Of a DNA stretch of 64,000 nucleotides, positions 47,584-61,900 are shown piece by piece. The stretch spans positions 52,588,464 through 52,652,463 of the forward strand of contig NC_043011.1 of assembly GCF_006345805.1 (NCBI RefSeq). Direction: 5' to 3'. Numbering within the stretch: the first letter of the stretch is position 1; each line of letters begins with the position of its first letter. A program made the translations under genes and the position numbers. The notes under the pieces were generated by a model. That model ran no database searches. It was not told the origin of the DNA and saw nothing but the letters and a program-made list of their open reading frames with translations. Source of the stretch: Octopus sinensis. Its lineage: Eukaryota.

Positions 47584-50150
47584 AATTTATCTTTATAATT
47601 GAATTATACCAACATTAATGTGGTATCCAACTGAAGTACCAGTGAATTGGATGTTTAACACACCCCTTTGAAGGATTTCTTTTCCTCAGCTTGTTACTAT
47701 ATATATATAGTAATGCGATGATAAATACACCACTTTAAACATACCTCCCTCTCTATAAAAATTGGATAGACTTGTGATTTTACATGATCATGCTTAATAT
47801 TTTCAAACAGAGAACTTTTAGTAGATTCTACCAAACACCTATTTTGGTTTTATCTTCAACAAAATATCTCAGGTTGAAGAATCTCTTTTGTTTTTTTAAA
47901 TATTTTTTATAATCTGTCCCCCTTTTCATGTTTATTCATTGATAGAATTTACAGGTAAAATAAGTTATATGTACAAGCCATTATTAAATACATCCAGTTC
48001 TAACAGACATTTACATCTAAATTTGCCTTTTCTTTTTACTGTTAATTTTGACACACACACTATCACTGTATTTCCTACAACCATTTTAACACATTAGCAG
48101 CAGAAATTATATACAGAATTATTAAAGACATATAAAATTGATTTGTTTTTGTACTTGTTTGAAACTAAATTACATTGTGGAAAAGTGATGACAAACAATA
48201 AAAAAAAACTTTAAAATTGTTACACTCAACAATTTCATTTGATTCTCTTTATAGAAATTGTGTACTCTAAAGGGTAAAAATATTTTATCATACACCTGCA
48301 TCTTGGTCATTGACAAAATTTCTTTTCTCAGAGTCAATGATCAGGTCTCTGAAGAGTGATGACAATCCATCACTTCATAACACACAAGAGTGAATGCATC
48401 TTTGCATGTGCATGTGTGTGTTTTGAGTGCTTAATGGATAACATGACTCTCTTCCTAATGTAAAACACAATAAACTTTGCTGTTCAGAGATTGGTGTTAA
48501 AAACCCAAGGAACAAATTTGGCCTAAGACTATGTATAGCAATTCTATGGAGGAGCCCTTTAAAAGTCTAAGAAATTAATTTGTCAGACAAAAGACTTCAC
48601 CCATAAAATTGCAACATACAATAAAACGGTAAAATCTAAGGAAGTTCATGATGGTAAATGTTGGCAAAAATTAAGTACAAAAGGTTGACAAAGTGGAACA
48701 AGTTAGTGATGTGAAAGAAGAAGGGAAATAGGACATTTTGAGTAAAGTCTTTTGGAGGAAGAATGTAATGATATGTGTGCTGAAAAGGAGCAGACTAAGA
48801 ATTGGCTGCTATTGTTATTGCAATAAAGTGTAGCACCGTAGTCTTGTAGTTTCAGCAAATGATGGGGGAATAATAGTAGCAGTGAGTTAGGGAGTTGGTT
48901 AATAGAGTGAGGCATTAGTTAAGGGAGAGAAGAATTGAGTGGGTTTTGTGGTATTGCTTAAATTTATATGTACAATAAAATGCTGTAATAACTAAAATAG
49001 GGATTGTAAGGTTACTCCATAAACTGGGAGATTCTAAATAGGTTGAAGAGTGGCAGATCAACAAGAAGAAAAAAAGGGGTCCTAGCAGCTAAGATTGTGT
49101 CTAGAGTAAAATTATTAGTGCTGTTGCCCAAAGCAGCATCAATGTGAAGACACACATACAGCAGACTTCCATACAGTTTCTTTCTGTCAAATTTCACTTA
49201 CAGGGCAATGGTCAACCTGAAGTGAAAGTAGAAGAGGCAGAAAGAAGTTGCCTGACAAGTTAAAATGTCAAACTATGGGTCCGGAGGGTGCTTGGGAGTT
49301 GTCTACAGAAGCTAATCACCCTCTCACAGCTAACTTATTCCACTTATATGTAGTAGACTATGAAAGAATTAACCTATTAGGAACATGATATGCTTTGAAG
49401 AAAGTTAGCCTTGACATAGTCCACAGCATGGCTGTGGACTATGGAAGGATTAACACACTGACAGTAGCATCTATAACTGAAGCAGTTCTATGCAGGGGAT
49501 TTGATGCCAACAGAATTTGTGAGCTCTGGAAAGGTTAACTCACTGATGATTAGATATTTTACATTAAAAAAGTTATTTTACATTTAAAATAGTATGGCAG
49601 TAGGATTACTAACAGAAGCAATAGTAGCAATTAGACACAGTGCAATCAGCTGCTGTGAACTTTGAAAGGCGTAATTTCTGACTACAGAGTTTACAGTGCT
49701 GACAGCATTTATGAAAGAAGATAAAAGGTTAAGACACTGACAACAAAGTTATAGCCAGAAGAGTTAATAAATGTAGCAGCATGATCACATAGTACCACCA
49801 GGTCCAGCAGCAACAGACTGTGTGGAATGGTTAAAAACAAATATATATATATATAGATGTCAAGTGCTGCTCGGAAAATTGAATTCTAACATTTTGAGCA
49901 GGATCTTGATCAAGACTTCATCAAAGAAGAAACCAAGAAACGTTTGCTGGATGGCCTTTTGTTTTCAAGTTTAAAAAAAAACCTGATCTGAAACATTAAA
50001 ATGCACTTTACACGACAGCACACAGACTTATTCTATTTGTGAACTTTACCAACAGATTTTTCTCAAAACATTCTAATCATAAGTTTTCTTAGACTCAATC
50101 ATTTTCTTTGGTTAGATCTTTCAGAAATGCCAACCAGTCTTCATAGTCCC

Positions 50151-50402
50151 CTATGAGTTGTTTTTCTGATCATGACTTTTGATCAATTCCTCATAATCGT
50201 CTTGATTCATGGACTGACGGAGCCACATGGACAAATACATAGAGTTCGGTTGGTTTAATAGGTGTTGGTGTGTGCCCCTTTCAATGATGGTCCCTTTGTC
50301 CAACACTAAAATCTCATCTGCATCAGTTACAGTGGAGAGGCGGTGAGCAATAACAATTGTTGTACGTCCTTCTGCAATCTTTTTCAAAGCCCTCAGGATA
50401 TT
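50151..50402 (-). CDS. ABCB7: Last exon of an ABCB half-transporter, most similar to ABCB7/Atm1
   Basis: ctttttccag| acceptor, phase 0. [37 protein letters not shown]...ERGTH..LL..PNS.Y..MW contains the H-loop. The DADEI/PNSxY pattern recalls ABCB7 more than ABCB6. I found no upstream exons in the window. Confidence 0.75.
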   Translation of the reverse strand, partial: NILRALKKIAEGRTTIVIAHRLSTVTDADEILVLDKGTIIERGTHQHLLNQPNSMYLSMWLRQSMNQDDYEELIKSHDQKNNS

Positions 50403-51019
50403 CTGGAAAAAGAGGAAAATAAAAGTATGTGAATATCAATTAGAGTGAGACAGAAAGATAGATAGATAAAGATAGAGAGAGAGTGGGAGATAGAGAGATT
50501 CTAGCTGATAAACTCTGAAACTGTGGTTTTATTCCTTACCAAAATTAACTTTATCTTTTATTGTTTAGAGGCCAATAAAACTCTGCGGAATTCTGGTTTA
50601 AACACCTCATAACTTTTGTATTTTGTGGAATATGTGTGTGTGTGTAACTTTTATCTTTTACTTGATTCAGTCATTAGACTGCAGCCATGCTGGGGCACTG
50701 CCTTGAAGAATTTTTAGTTGAATATATCGACCCCAGTACTTATTCTGTTGGTCTCTTTTGCTGAACTGCTAAGTTACGGGGATGTAAACACACTAACACT
50801 AGTGATCAAGTGGTGGTGGGAACAGATAAAGATATGCATACATACACACACACACACACATATCATCATCATCATTTAACATCCGTTTTCCATGCTAGCA
50901 TGGGTTGGACAGTTCGACCAGGGTCTGGGAAGCCAGGAGGCTGCACCAGGCTCCAGTCTGATCTGGCAGTGTTTCTACAGCTGGATGCCCTTCCTAATGC
51001 CAACCACTCTGTGAGTGGA

Positions 51020-51070
<51 letters not shown>

Positions 51071-51397
51071 GCTGCTTTCAGTTTCTGTCTACCAATACAC
51101 CCACAAAGCTTTGGTTGGCCCAAAGCTATAGTAGAAGACATTTGCTGAAGGTGCCATGCAATGGGACTGAACCCGGTATCATGTGGTTGGGGAGTAAAAA
51201 TGGTGACATAGTGTAAAAAATCATCCTATAACTCAGGTCTTTTGTAGAGAAGTAGAATGAAAAGAAAAATCCCTTACTTGTATAACAGATAAGGATTAGT
51301 GACAGGAAGGGCATCCAGGTGTAAAATAATAACTCAACAATAAATATCCATCCAACCGATGATAGCATGGCAAAATGGATGGAAAAATGAACAAACA

Positions 51398-51436
<39 letters not shown>

Positions 51437-51629
51437 TTTTATAAATATCTATGTGGGACACAGCCATAGCTTTACAATGTAGAATGGTGATGAACTAAAA
51501 CCTCAGACCCTACCACAAGAGTATGTGCAGTTCTTTACTAATCTAAACAATATTGTTAGCCCGGTATACTAACAGAGAGCGCATAAATTATTTTGCCCAG
51601 ACTGATAATCTCTCACTAATAACTATACA

Positions 51630-51720
<91 letters not shown>

Positions 51721-51721
51721 C

Positions 51722-51754
<33 letters not shown>

Positions 51755-52090
51755 CTAGCACTATGACCTGGCAACGCCAGGTCATTGTGCTAGTGCATGC
51801 ATACATACACGCGAGTACTGTCCAAATCTCCGACCAATCACATACAGCTAGCTGGCATTCAATTGGCGTATAACAGTTTCGGGCATTTTGATTGGGTTTG
51901 GATAGAAAAATCACAAAAAAGTCACTTCTATTGATTTTTTAATGGCTTGCGGGGTGACTGGGGAAATGTAGAGATGTGCACGACCACCTTGGACGGTTTG
52001 AATGACCATAGAAAGTGAGAGCCCTCATACTGAAAAATTGTGGATTTGTATAAGGACACACACACAAACATTTTGCCGTTTATATATATA
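51755..52090 (-). mobile_element. Non-autonomous Helitron (family B) directly abutting a family A copy
   Basis: CTAG 3' end with hairpin atgacctggc-aac-gccaggtcat. The 5' end runs straight into the CTAG of the next element. Confidence 0.6.
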
Positions 52091-52726
52091 CTAGCAGTAT
52101 CGCTCGGCGTTGCTCGGGTTTGTAAGGGAAATAACTATATAAGCATTTTAGAGAGTTATAGCCAAAAAATAGCACAAAAAATGCATTAAAAATGGAAAAA
52201 ATATGATGGTAAATTTTTTTTAAAATCGTTGACTCATCGTAGACATTTTTAGAGAGTTACTTCCCTTATATAATAGCGAAAAAATGCATTAAAAGGAAAA
52301 AAAAAAACGATGGTAATTTTTTTTAAATCGTAGACTCATGTAGATGCTTTCTTAGCCATTTCTGTTTTGGTGTCTTCAAGCCATGAAGTCGTTGTTCTAA
52401 AAGAACACTGGTCTCCTTGACAACGCATTACGACGTTGATTTCCTTACACTCCCTTCCCCACAGGTGCAGGTGTGAGCGTGGACGCCAACTCCGCCGCCA
52501 TCGACACACGAAAAATTATGCATTAAAATGGAATAAAAATGATGTTAAATTATTTTTAAAATCGTAGACTCATCGTAGACACGCGCTAATATTCAGACGG
52601 GCTCGATATGAATCACGACTATAAGCTACCCGATTTGGTTAAACTGTACCGCAAAATGTGGGAGTAGTTAGGAATCTAAATCGAAGGGGACAGACACTCA
52701 CACAACTACAGTTTTATATATATAGA
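52091..52726 (-). mobile_element. Non-autonomous Helitron (family A), longest copy
   Basis: TC...CTAG ends. It contains internal modules of both 5203-5704 and 8035-8411. Confidence 0.78.
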
Positions 52727-53274
52727 TTACATAGCGCAGTAGTGGTGAGAATGACAGCAAAGAAAGCATACATTCACTCTCTGCATGCAATTAGACTCGG
52801 AAAGTTCATGAGGAACCCATTGACCCAATTTGCTGACTTTTCGATAGCACACAGGTGTCAATGAATGGTTGAATGACCAAATCCAAGCTTCTCTGCTAGT
52901 TCCTCAACAGTTACGATGAATTTGTTCCACCAGGGTTTTCAGGATGTCCTTGTCGAGTTCTACAGATCTTTCAGGATGAGGCTCGTCTTCTAGGCTGTAG
53001 TTTATGGCTCGGGATTTCTGGAACCACCATTGACACTGCCTTATGCTTATTGTCCAATCCCCATATACTGCATTAATATTTCTTGTACTTTGCACACATT
53101 TATATTCTGTTATTCTTTTATATGTTTCAGCCTTGAGGTTGTGGCCATGCTGGATCATGTGTGTGTGTGTGTCTATCTGTCTGTCTGTCTGTATGTATAT
53201 ATGTATATGGTGTGTGAACAATAATATTTTCAACAGATGTGTTGCAAATGTATCTGATTGTTCTCAAGCTTCAA

Positions 53275-53540
53275 TACTGTGTGTATGTGTGTGTGTGTAT
53301 GTGTATGTAGTTATATGTATGTATGTTATGATTGTATGTGTGTATGTATGATGGTGTGTATGTATGTGTGTGTATGATGTGTGTGTGTGTTGTATGTGAT
53401 GTATGTATGTATGTATGATGTATGTATGTATGTTGTATGTGTATGTATGTATGTATGTATGATGTATGTATGTATGTATGTATGTATGTATGTATGTATG
53501 TAGTATGTATGATGTATGTATGTATGTATGAGTGTATGTT
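53275..53540. repeat. Degenerate (TG)n/(TATG)n microsatellite
   Basis: Directly visible. Confidence 0.9.
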
Positions 53541-53959
53541 TACTTTATTACTAATACTCTCTTCCAAGAACATTTTCACTCACTCTTAGCTCTTAGCTTC
53601 CCATACATTTTACTCATGTATCTATCAGCGTCATAGACAGAATACTTTCACTTTAGTCTTGCTCAAATCACTCTGTCGCTATTTACTTTCATTTTATTCG
53701 TTGCCCACTGTGTGTGTGCGTTTGCGTGTGGTGTAACCAGACTAAGAAAGCATTGACACACACACCAGAATGTGAGTTTTCTGTAAATTTTGCTTAATTG
53801 GAGTTTAAATTTTAAAAACTGGACCTGGCATGACGCGATGCATTGTACTCTTAAAAATGCCAGGTAAATTGTAATTGAAGAAATCCTATATTGTAGATTT
53901 GTATAACTCCCAAAGGAGGCAGATAAAATCTGCCTTTTATAATAAGAGATATATATATA

Positions 53960-54016
<57 letters not shown>

Positions 54017-56694
54017 CATATATACACATACATATGCACACAATACACACATACACATGCACACACAAAGTACGCTTATATTGTTGCAAGTGTTAAATAT
54101 ATCTAAAAGCCTAGATAATAGAAACACAGACAATTATTCCAACCACCACCAGTCACCCACTAAACCTCTCCTAACACCATCAACAACACAGTAGGGATTA
54201 AAAAGCAAAGCATTTGCTAGAGTGTACAATTAGTCCATCATCACCACCACCATACACTGCTACAAGCCAAAGAGAGAGGCCTCCATGTCGTTGCTCAATC
54301 TGCTAGAAATAACAGCCAAAGTTGTCCTCTAACCACACCATGTCATCTTATAAAAAGGACACATTTGAAAATGTAGCCATATATACGAAATGACTGGATA
54401 GATGGTATGGTTAGGACGGCCTGGGGTTAAACAACAAGAATAATAACAGCATCAACAGACCACCACCACCACCACTACAACAACAACAACGATTCTCCCA
54501 TCCACAGCCAAACTAGTCACATACAAGATACTGGGTCGGCCCTTTAAACAATAGACACAAAAACGTCACATGACTGTAGAAGCCTGTGTTAACAATGTTA
54601 ATTACACACACATATACATATACATGTATGCACTCCTCTCTTCTAGTAGGATTAGAAACTCCCATCACACCCCCAGGGCATCCTGAAACTATTAGCCTCT
54701 CAGTTGATCCTCATCACCTGCTACATCAAATTCCACCACCACCACCACACATAACTTCTCCCACCAGCATCATCGTCACCACCACCACTACCACCCACAA
54801 TTAACTGCTCAGTCTGAATCAGACACTACCTGGCGATTGTACTTCGAGGCTGTCTCATCTTTATTATTGCATATTGTATATGTGTTTGGTTACTTCCTGG
54901 TTGTAAAGAACAACAAAAAGACAAGGAGGAATTTATTACCAAAGTATCACTAACCACCACAACACACTCTAACCCAAAGCTAACTATCCTATGAACTTTC
55001 TCATCACATGTAAGCATCACCATCACGGTCAGCTACAAAGTACTACAGACCACAAGCATCTCAATATACCACAGTCACCAGACTACAGTACATTATAAAG
55101 AACAAGAGAAAGAAGGACAAAAAAAAAAAACATATACATAAACCAAATATTTTTGTTTATATAAAATTATAAACTTATACACCAAGACATGCCGGGACAG
55201 GCAAATAGTGGCAACAAGAAAATGATGGACTGTCCACCAGCATCTACTAAATTAATGTCTCTCTGTGATCTCTGTTCCTGCTGGTGGAACTGTATGATGT
55301 AAGTAAACTAGATTATAATAATAATAATAATAATAATAATAATTGTGTACAGTGCTCAGGTGCACTACAACTCATCTAAAGTGTATATATAATCAGGTGT
55401 AGTTTCGGTGGATTTCGGAAAGCATGAGGGCCTTAAAGGATGCAGTGTCTTCAGAACTTATTGGGTATTCAATAAGAAATAAAGGATTTGGGGGCTTGCT
55501 CATGGTAGGTACTAGTGGCACAAATACCAAAACTTAGTTATATTATGTCTGTGATTGAACATCTTAACCCTCTACCATTCAGATTCCTCTGTCAAATTAA
55601 ATGCTTATTTATTCACAATGCTTTAAATTAATCCTGCTTTATCTCATAGCTGTGAGTGAGATTTTGATGAAGTGGTTCCATATTTGTAGAATGATATTTT
55701 AGGGTGGTTGTGAGATGAGAGCCTGGAGCTGGTCTTTTCAAACATAAAACAGATGGAATATTTCGACTGGATATAGCAAGTTTAAATGCAACAGGGTTAA
55801 AGGGATGGCCACAAATTTCAAAAAAAAAAAAGGAAAAAAAAAAAGACATTTTATTTTTTGTGGTTTGGTAGAAATCCTATCTTTAGGTAACTTTTATGAA
55901 ACAAGCCTAGAATAGCGTGTTCTAACATCACAGGGAAATGAATTAACTCACCAGCATCACTTTGCAAGATGATGAGAGATGAGAGGGTATCAGTCTCTTC
56001 ATTATGTGACAAACTCTATTATTAAATTTTTTTTTTCATTTAAAAAATTTCAAAATGTAGGTATTTATTTATGTTGCATGTATATATCTATGTCTGTCCA
56101 TTTCTCTCTCTCTCTGCCGGCATCAGTTGTTAGTTGTCAGAGCACTGCATCCTTCAAAACTTCCATGCTTTCTGAGATTCGCAAACACTACACCTGATTT
56201 TCTCCCCTCCATACACACACAAGCATGTATCTGACTCATACATTGTTCGCTTTCCAGACATTTCTCCATTACTGCATGTACTTTATGACAAGTTGTGGTG
56301 CACCTGAGCTCTGTATACAATAATTTCATTTTATATATGTATTTATATATATCTGTTTGAGTGTGTCTGTAATCATCACAAACTTTTTCTGTTTGTCAGT
56401 AATTTTTAATAACTTTAATGACAATCTATCTTGTTTAAGAGCAGTGGAGTTGTTACAAGTTGGTATGCAGAAATACAGTCACACTAATTATTAATAAAAA
56501 ACACCAAGTTCAATTCCAAAGGAAGCAGAGAGAGATACACAGACATTGATTTCATGTTACTTAGCCACTGGCCAACTCTGATAATACAGACCTGTGATCA
56601 AAAGCATTCCTTTCCTAACCATTCCATCCAGCTGTATATAAAAAAAAAACTACTTAGTTCAATGAATGCTTCCTCTTTTCAAAACAGTAAGGTG

Positions 56695-56895
56695 AGATAT
56701 TAGGGAAATTTGGCTGCTCTTTCTAGCAGATGCACTAATCACACAATAAAATCAGTAACGTAAGATATTAGGGAAATTTGGCTGCTCTTTCTAGCAGATG
56801 CACTAATCACACAATAAAATCAGTAACGTAAGATATTAGGGAAATTTGGCTGCTCTTTCTAGCAGGTACACTAATCACACAATAAAATCAGTAAC
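56695..56895. repeat. 68-bp tandem repeat, 3 copies
   Basis: tagggaaatttggctgctctttctagcag recurs at 56701, 56769 and 56837. Confidence 0.92.
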
Positions 56896-57929
56896 ATATT
56901 AAACTGAGTTTAAGCATTGATGGAAATGGAAGGATATTCAGGGATTTTATTATATATAAAGTAAATTCATGATAAAGTTTCCTTAAGAATCAAGGCACAT
57001 CAACATGTAAGATGCCAGAAAATGGCAAGGTACAAACACAAAGCTCACAGTGAAATAAAATACTATAGACTTCAAGCACTAGTAGGATACCATAGATATG
57101 CAAGTACCAAATCCAATTTGTAACCACTGATCTGACTCTTTGGTGTGGTGTAGGTATAAAATAGTTAACACGAATGGCATTTAAAATTTATGACAACTGT
57201 TTTGGAAGAATTTCATTTTATGTAGTTGTAAAAGATTACATCATAATATACAATCCACCATCATCAGATAAAATTTTAAACAGTTGACCTGGGCATAGCC
57301 AACATTTCTTGGGTTAGTGAGATATAATATAATATACATAAGGGCTATGAGCAAATGTAAAAATAAAAATTTAAAATGAACCACTACAAAAAGAAGTTGC
57401 TGATTTCTGGGCAACACCTTTGCCATTTGCTATTACCTTTAAATGGCTTGATTCTTTAACATTCAAATTAATCTGTCAAATGTAAAACTTGTTTATTCAT
57501 TTGGTTTTGAATTAATCATGCATTGACTTATAGCTTTGAGATTTCAATGATGTTATTGTCCATTTTTAGAATGACAAAGTAGGGTGGATACAAGAGGCTA
57601 GACTTGGCCAGTTTGAACTGAAAACAAGAGGTATATTTGGGCTGGATGTGGTTGGTCTAAATTCTAAATGGTTAATAAAAGCTGCAAATACACCGTTATA
57701 TTTCTGTTTTAACTGAGCCCAAAACTGCACACCCATCTGGTTTACAGTGTTGAAGTCAGAGTATGTTGCCTGCAGCCATAGTGTAGTGAATCTGGAATGT
57801 TATGTGAGGTAGAATTAACTACCAGGAGATGTAATGGGAATTACAGTATGTGTGTGTGTGTGTGTGTGAGCCTATTCATATGAAAACTTGAAATTGTACT
57901 GTTGTGTGTAATCAGTCTCTCTCTCTCTC

Positions 57930-58132
57930 TCTTTTACTTGTTTCAGTCATTTGACTGCAGCCATGCTGGAGCACCGCCTTTAGTCGATCAAATCGACCCT
58001 GGGACTTATTCTTTGTAAGCCCAGTACTTATTCTATCGGTATCTTTTGCCGAACCGCTAAGTGACGGGGACGTAAACACACCAGCATCGGTTGTCAAGCA
58101 ATGCTAGGGGGACAAACACAGATACACAAACC

Positions 58133-58182
<50 letters not shown>

Positions 58183-58345
58183 TACGACAGGCTTCTTTCA
58201 GTTTCCATCTACCAAATCCACTCACAAGGCATTGGTCGGCCCGGGGCTATAGCAGAAGACACTTGCCCAAGATGCCACGCAGTGGGACTGAACCCGAACC
58301 ATGTGGTTGGTTAGCAAGCTACTTACCACACAGCCACTCCTGCGT
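57930..58345 (-). mobile_element. Full-length tRNA-headed SINE with internal (CA)n(TA)n
   Basis: tRNA-like head, a CORE-like cttgggcaagt segment and a conserved 3' body. More than 10 related copies lie in the window. Confidence 0.82.
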
Positions 58346-58473
58346 CTGTCTGGAACCAATTATTATTTCTTTATTTCTTCCTCAAAAAGGCTTTCAAAAC
58401 ATCCCTTCTCTAACATTGATACACAGAACCTAACTACCTAACTACAAAGCTTATGCTTCCCTTTATTTAACAA

Positions 58474-58904
58474 CTAGTAGCATAGTCCGGCATTGCCCGG
58501 GTATGTAAGAGCCCCTAGTAGGCAACGGCTAATTCCAATCGGGTCCTTTCTCTCTAGGGAACGAAGGCGCATGTGTAGGTTGCAATGTCTTCTCTTCACT
58601 CGAATACTTCTGTGTATACGATGTTCCTAGCTGTCCCTTTGAGCGATAAAAAGGTCGAGTTGTGTCCCCTAGACAGAAAATGTTTTGCATATAAAAAGCT
58701 TAGATTCTCGACCCCATGTCGAATTTATCGATTTTTTCAGAACTGGGGCAACTTTTCAAAATTTTCGCTGCATCAGTTTTGAATTATGACATTGGGCTAT
58801 ATGTGTGTCAAGTTTCATCAGAATTGGTTGAAAGCCGTGGTCAGGGTGAGGGTACAACCTGACAGACACACAGACAGACAAACTGCCATTTGTATATAGA
58901 GAGA
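58474..58904 (-). mobile_element. Non-autonomous Helitron (family C)
   Basis: CTAG 3' end at 58474, hairpin ccgg-cattg-cccgg, (CAGA)n-like tract near the 5' TC end. Confidence 0.65.
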
Positions 58905-61900
58905 TGAGATGGAAAGTAACTAATAATAAGCGGAATGTAGAAGTTGGTTACACACAAAAGGTTAGTTATCTGTTCATTGCATTGTTGTGGCTGACAGCTG
59001 TCAAATTTTGTCTAAACCCTACAATCTTGAAGGAATGTAACTAACTATTAGAATTTTTTGACAGACATCTTCACATGACAATTCAAAATGTGTGGGTGCT
59101 TGTGTACATGTGTGTTTGTGTGCATCTCAGTGTATGCCTTTTTAATATTTTTTTTTGTTTTCTAAATTTTAGGGGGCAAACAGAAATGGGCTATTATGAA
59201 ATTTGTGCTTTATCTAAGAGAAGTAGTCGACATAAAGAGTGAAATAGCTTCAATTGGGAACTGAAACTACAGTACCTACTTAATTTGAAAGGAATTTCTA
59301 TTTGCTTAGCGACTGTTATGTCTCCTCCAAGCAATAAATAGACCCTGCAACAATAATGACAGCAGCAGCAGCTGTAGCTATTTCCTTGGCAATGTCTAAA
59401 ATAATACTTTTTATGAACCTTCACAAGGCTATTTATTTATAGAACAGATGGTGTTAAGCTTTTGTTTGCATAGATAATCCAAGATAAACCAAGATTAAAC
59501 AATTATATTTTAAGCTGAGTCAGCAATTTGGTACAATATTAATTTAGAAAAAAACATGGATTAACAAGCAGCGTATAATCTGTTGAATACCAAACAATTA
59601 ATCTATCTAGGAGCTAATTATAATTAGCTTTCACTCTTATGAAGATTCAACATTTATATAGATTTGTGATGGTACATCCACCCTCAACCTAAACATTGGG
59701 GGACTGCACCAAAAACTTAAGTAATTGAAAAAACAGTCCCTAGCCTGACTCTGTGCTACTTGAATTCTCTTCAACTTTGACTACAACAGTTTCAGCACCT
59801 TAGAATGAATTGAATATATTGCTCCATTACTCCATCACCTAAACTCATCTATTTCCCTTTAGTGATGTTCTACTCAGAGTTTTCTGTATCGTCTTCCTTG
59901 TTTCACTATCCTGACATAAAGCAGATATCATCCCTAGATATTTTCTGATTAGTAAGCTCATTAGTAAAACTGAAACAACATTGCTATGACATCTTTGATC
60001 CATTGCTACCAAACGTGCTTTACTCCATCAACTCTATGCCACATTTTTACCATGCATTTTATCATCTATTCACATTACAAATCACAAAAACATCACTGAA
60101 CACCTTTAAGGCCCAGTTGCATCCTTAATTCCCATACAATTAGGCATCTTCCTAAATAGTGTTACACTCAACAGAACATACTCAATTCTGTTTTTCTCAT
60201 GCTCATCTCATGTTTCATTGCCATACTACAACATATTTCTAACAGATACTGCCAGGTACACTTTGCTTAAAGGAAAATTTCCAGAAATTTAAAATGGAAT
60301 TCTTCACTCACAGTTTTAAATGAATATCGCACCACCAACACACACACACAGTATGCTTACATATAATTAAACATGATTATCAATCTAGATATACCTTTTT
60401 CAGAGACATACACACACACACACTAACTCATATATCCAGCTGTTCATAAAAATACACCCATATCTAAATATCTACAGCACTGCATATCAGATGTAAGGTA
60501 TAGTCCTCAGTTAGGTGAAAAGATTGTATAACTGAGAAGATGGGTCCTTGTCCTTGTCTTTTGCCATAGAACAGTTTGATCAGGGCTATACAACAACCCC
60601 AATCCTAACAACAACTTAACTGTAACTCCTCCACCCCACACCACATTGGCAACTTTACCAGCTTCTGTTGTAATAACAAAAGCCATAAACCCCCATGCAG
60701 TAACGGTTTGATAAATTCTATCCTTTTAGTTCCAATGCAATGATGTCAGGTTGAAAGAGCACGTCTCTCTCCTCCCGTGAAATGAAATAAAACACAAAGG
60801 CAAAAATATTTTAAGTGGAATAAACTAAATGAAACATTAAATACACATTAGAACAATAGATAGAATTAGCTGCAATTGTTTTAACTGAATGCATATTAGA
60901 TTTACCAACTTACATAAGTAGAAATCCATTGTAAACAGTATTTTAGAAGTATTGTTAACTAGAAAATTATATCAAAAGATATTTTATAATGGTCATTTGA
61001 GACAATTAAATATATAAAAGGCATTTTTATTCAAAGTATTAACCATTTACTAAAACTATTTGTAAAATTAAAACTGTGATAAACTAGGTTAGTTCCATTA
61101 TAATGCTTTATGAACACCAATGCTGTTTGGAGGCAAGAATGAATAATAGTAGAGTAGTAAAAATTTGAAGAGGATGGGGAAAAGCTTCAAGAATTGCCAT
61201 TTCTGATGGGAAAAAAACCCCGATTTTCTCTCAATGTACAAAATGCAGACTGTATGGTAAGTATAATATCTACATATATTTCCCATGTAATACTACATGG
61301 CACTCTAAGAATGAGGAGTGTAAAAAAGTGTAAAGTTGTGCTACATGGGAAATGAAATTAGTGGGCTATATGAGGCATATTTATGAAGTCTGAAGTTGTA
61401 TGATAGGGAGGTGTGTTTAAAAGCAGCAGTATTGTATGCTATTGAAACAGGTGTAGTGAATTAAAAGTACCAACAATAACATAGCTAAATATAGTCTAAA
61501 TTGGATATAATTTTAAGTTACTAGAAAGATTGAGTGTAACTGAGCTGAGAAAGAAGCTGGGAAAATCTCACAGAAGAGTTAGTAAAAAGAAGATTTGAGA
61601 AGAAGTAGAAAGAAAACTGGGTCTCTCAATGAGATGATAAAGGATCAGATAATGTTGCAGACATATTCTAATTATAACTTTATTGGAAAATAGACATTAA
61701 TATGATACTGATGATTGTGATAGTAGCAATAATGGTAGTCAGTGTAATGAGATTATCAATGTGTAAGGTGAACATGTGATATATAGGTACTATATGGGAC
61801 AGGATATTTTACAAGGCCATAGTCACATGCCTCATGTGTCTGAATTCAATTTCCAAAAGGTTAAATTCTATTATACTAGTTTCTAAGTTAGGCACAAGAC

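Noticed and set aside
59305-59394. Minus-strand exon-like stretch (DIAKEIATAAAAVIIVAGSIYCLEET* or a Cys-rich frame)
   Set aside because: No ABC-transporter similarity, no partner exon, and it is partly explained by a short (CAG)n run.
61180-61262. Plus-strand G|GTAAGT donor as the exon preceding 62361
   Set aside because: The phase-2 join creates a TGA stop, and the other frames are out of phase with the terminal exon.
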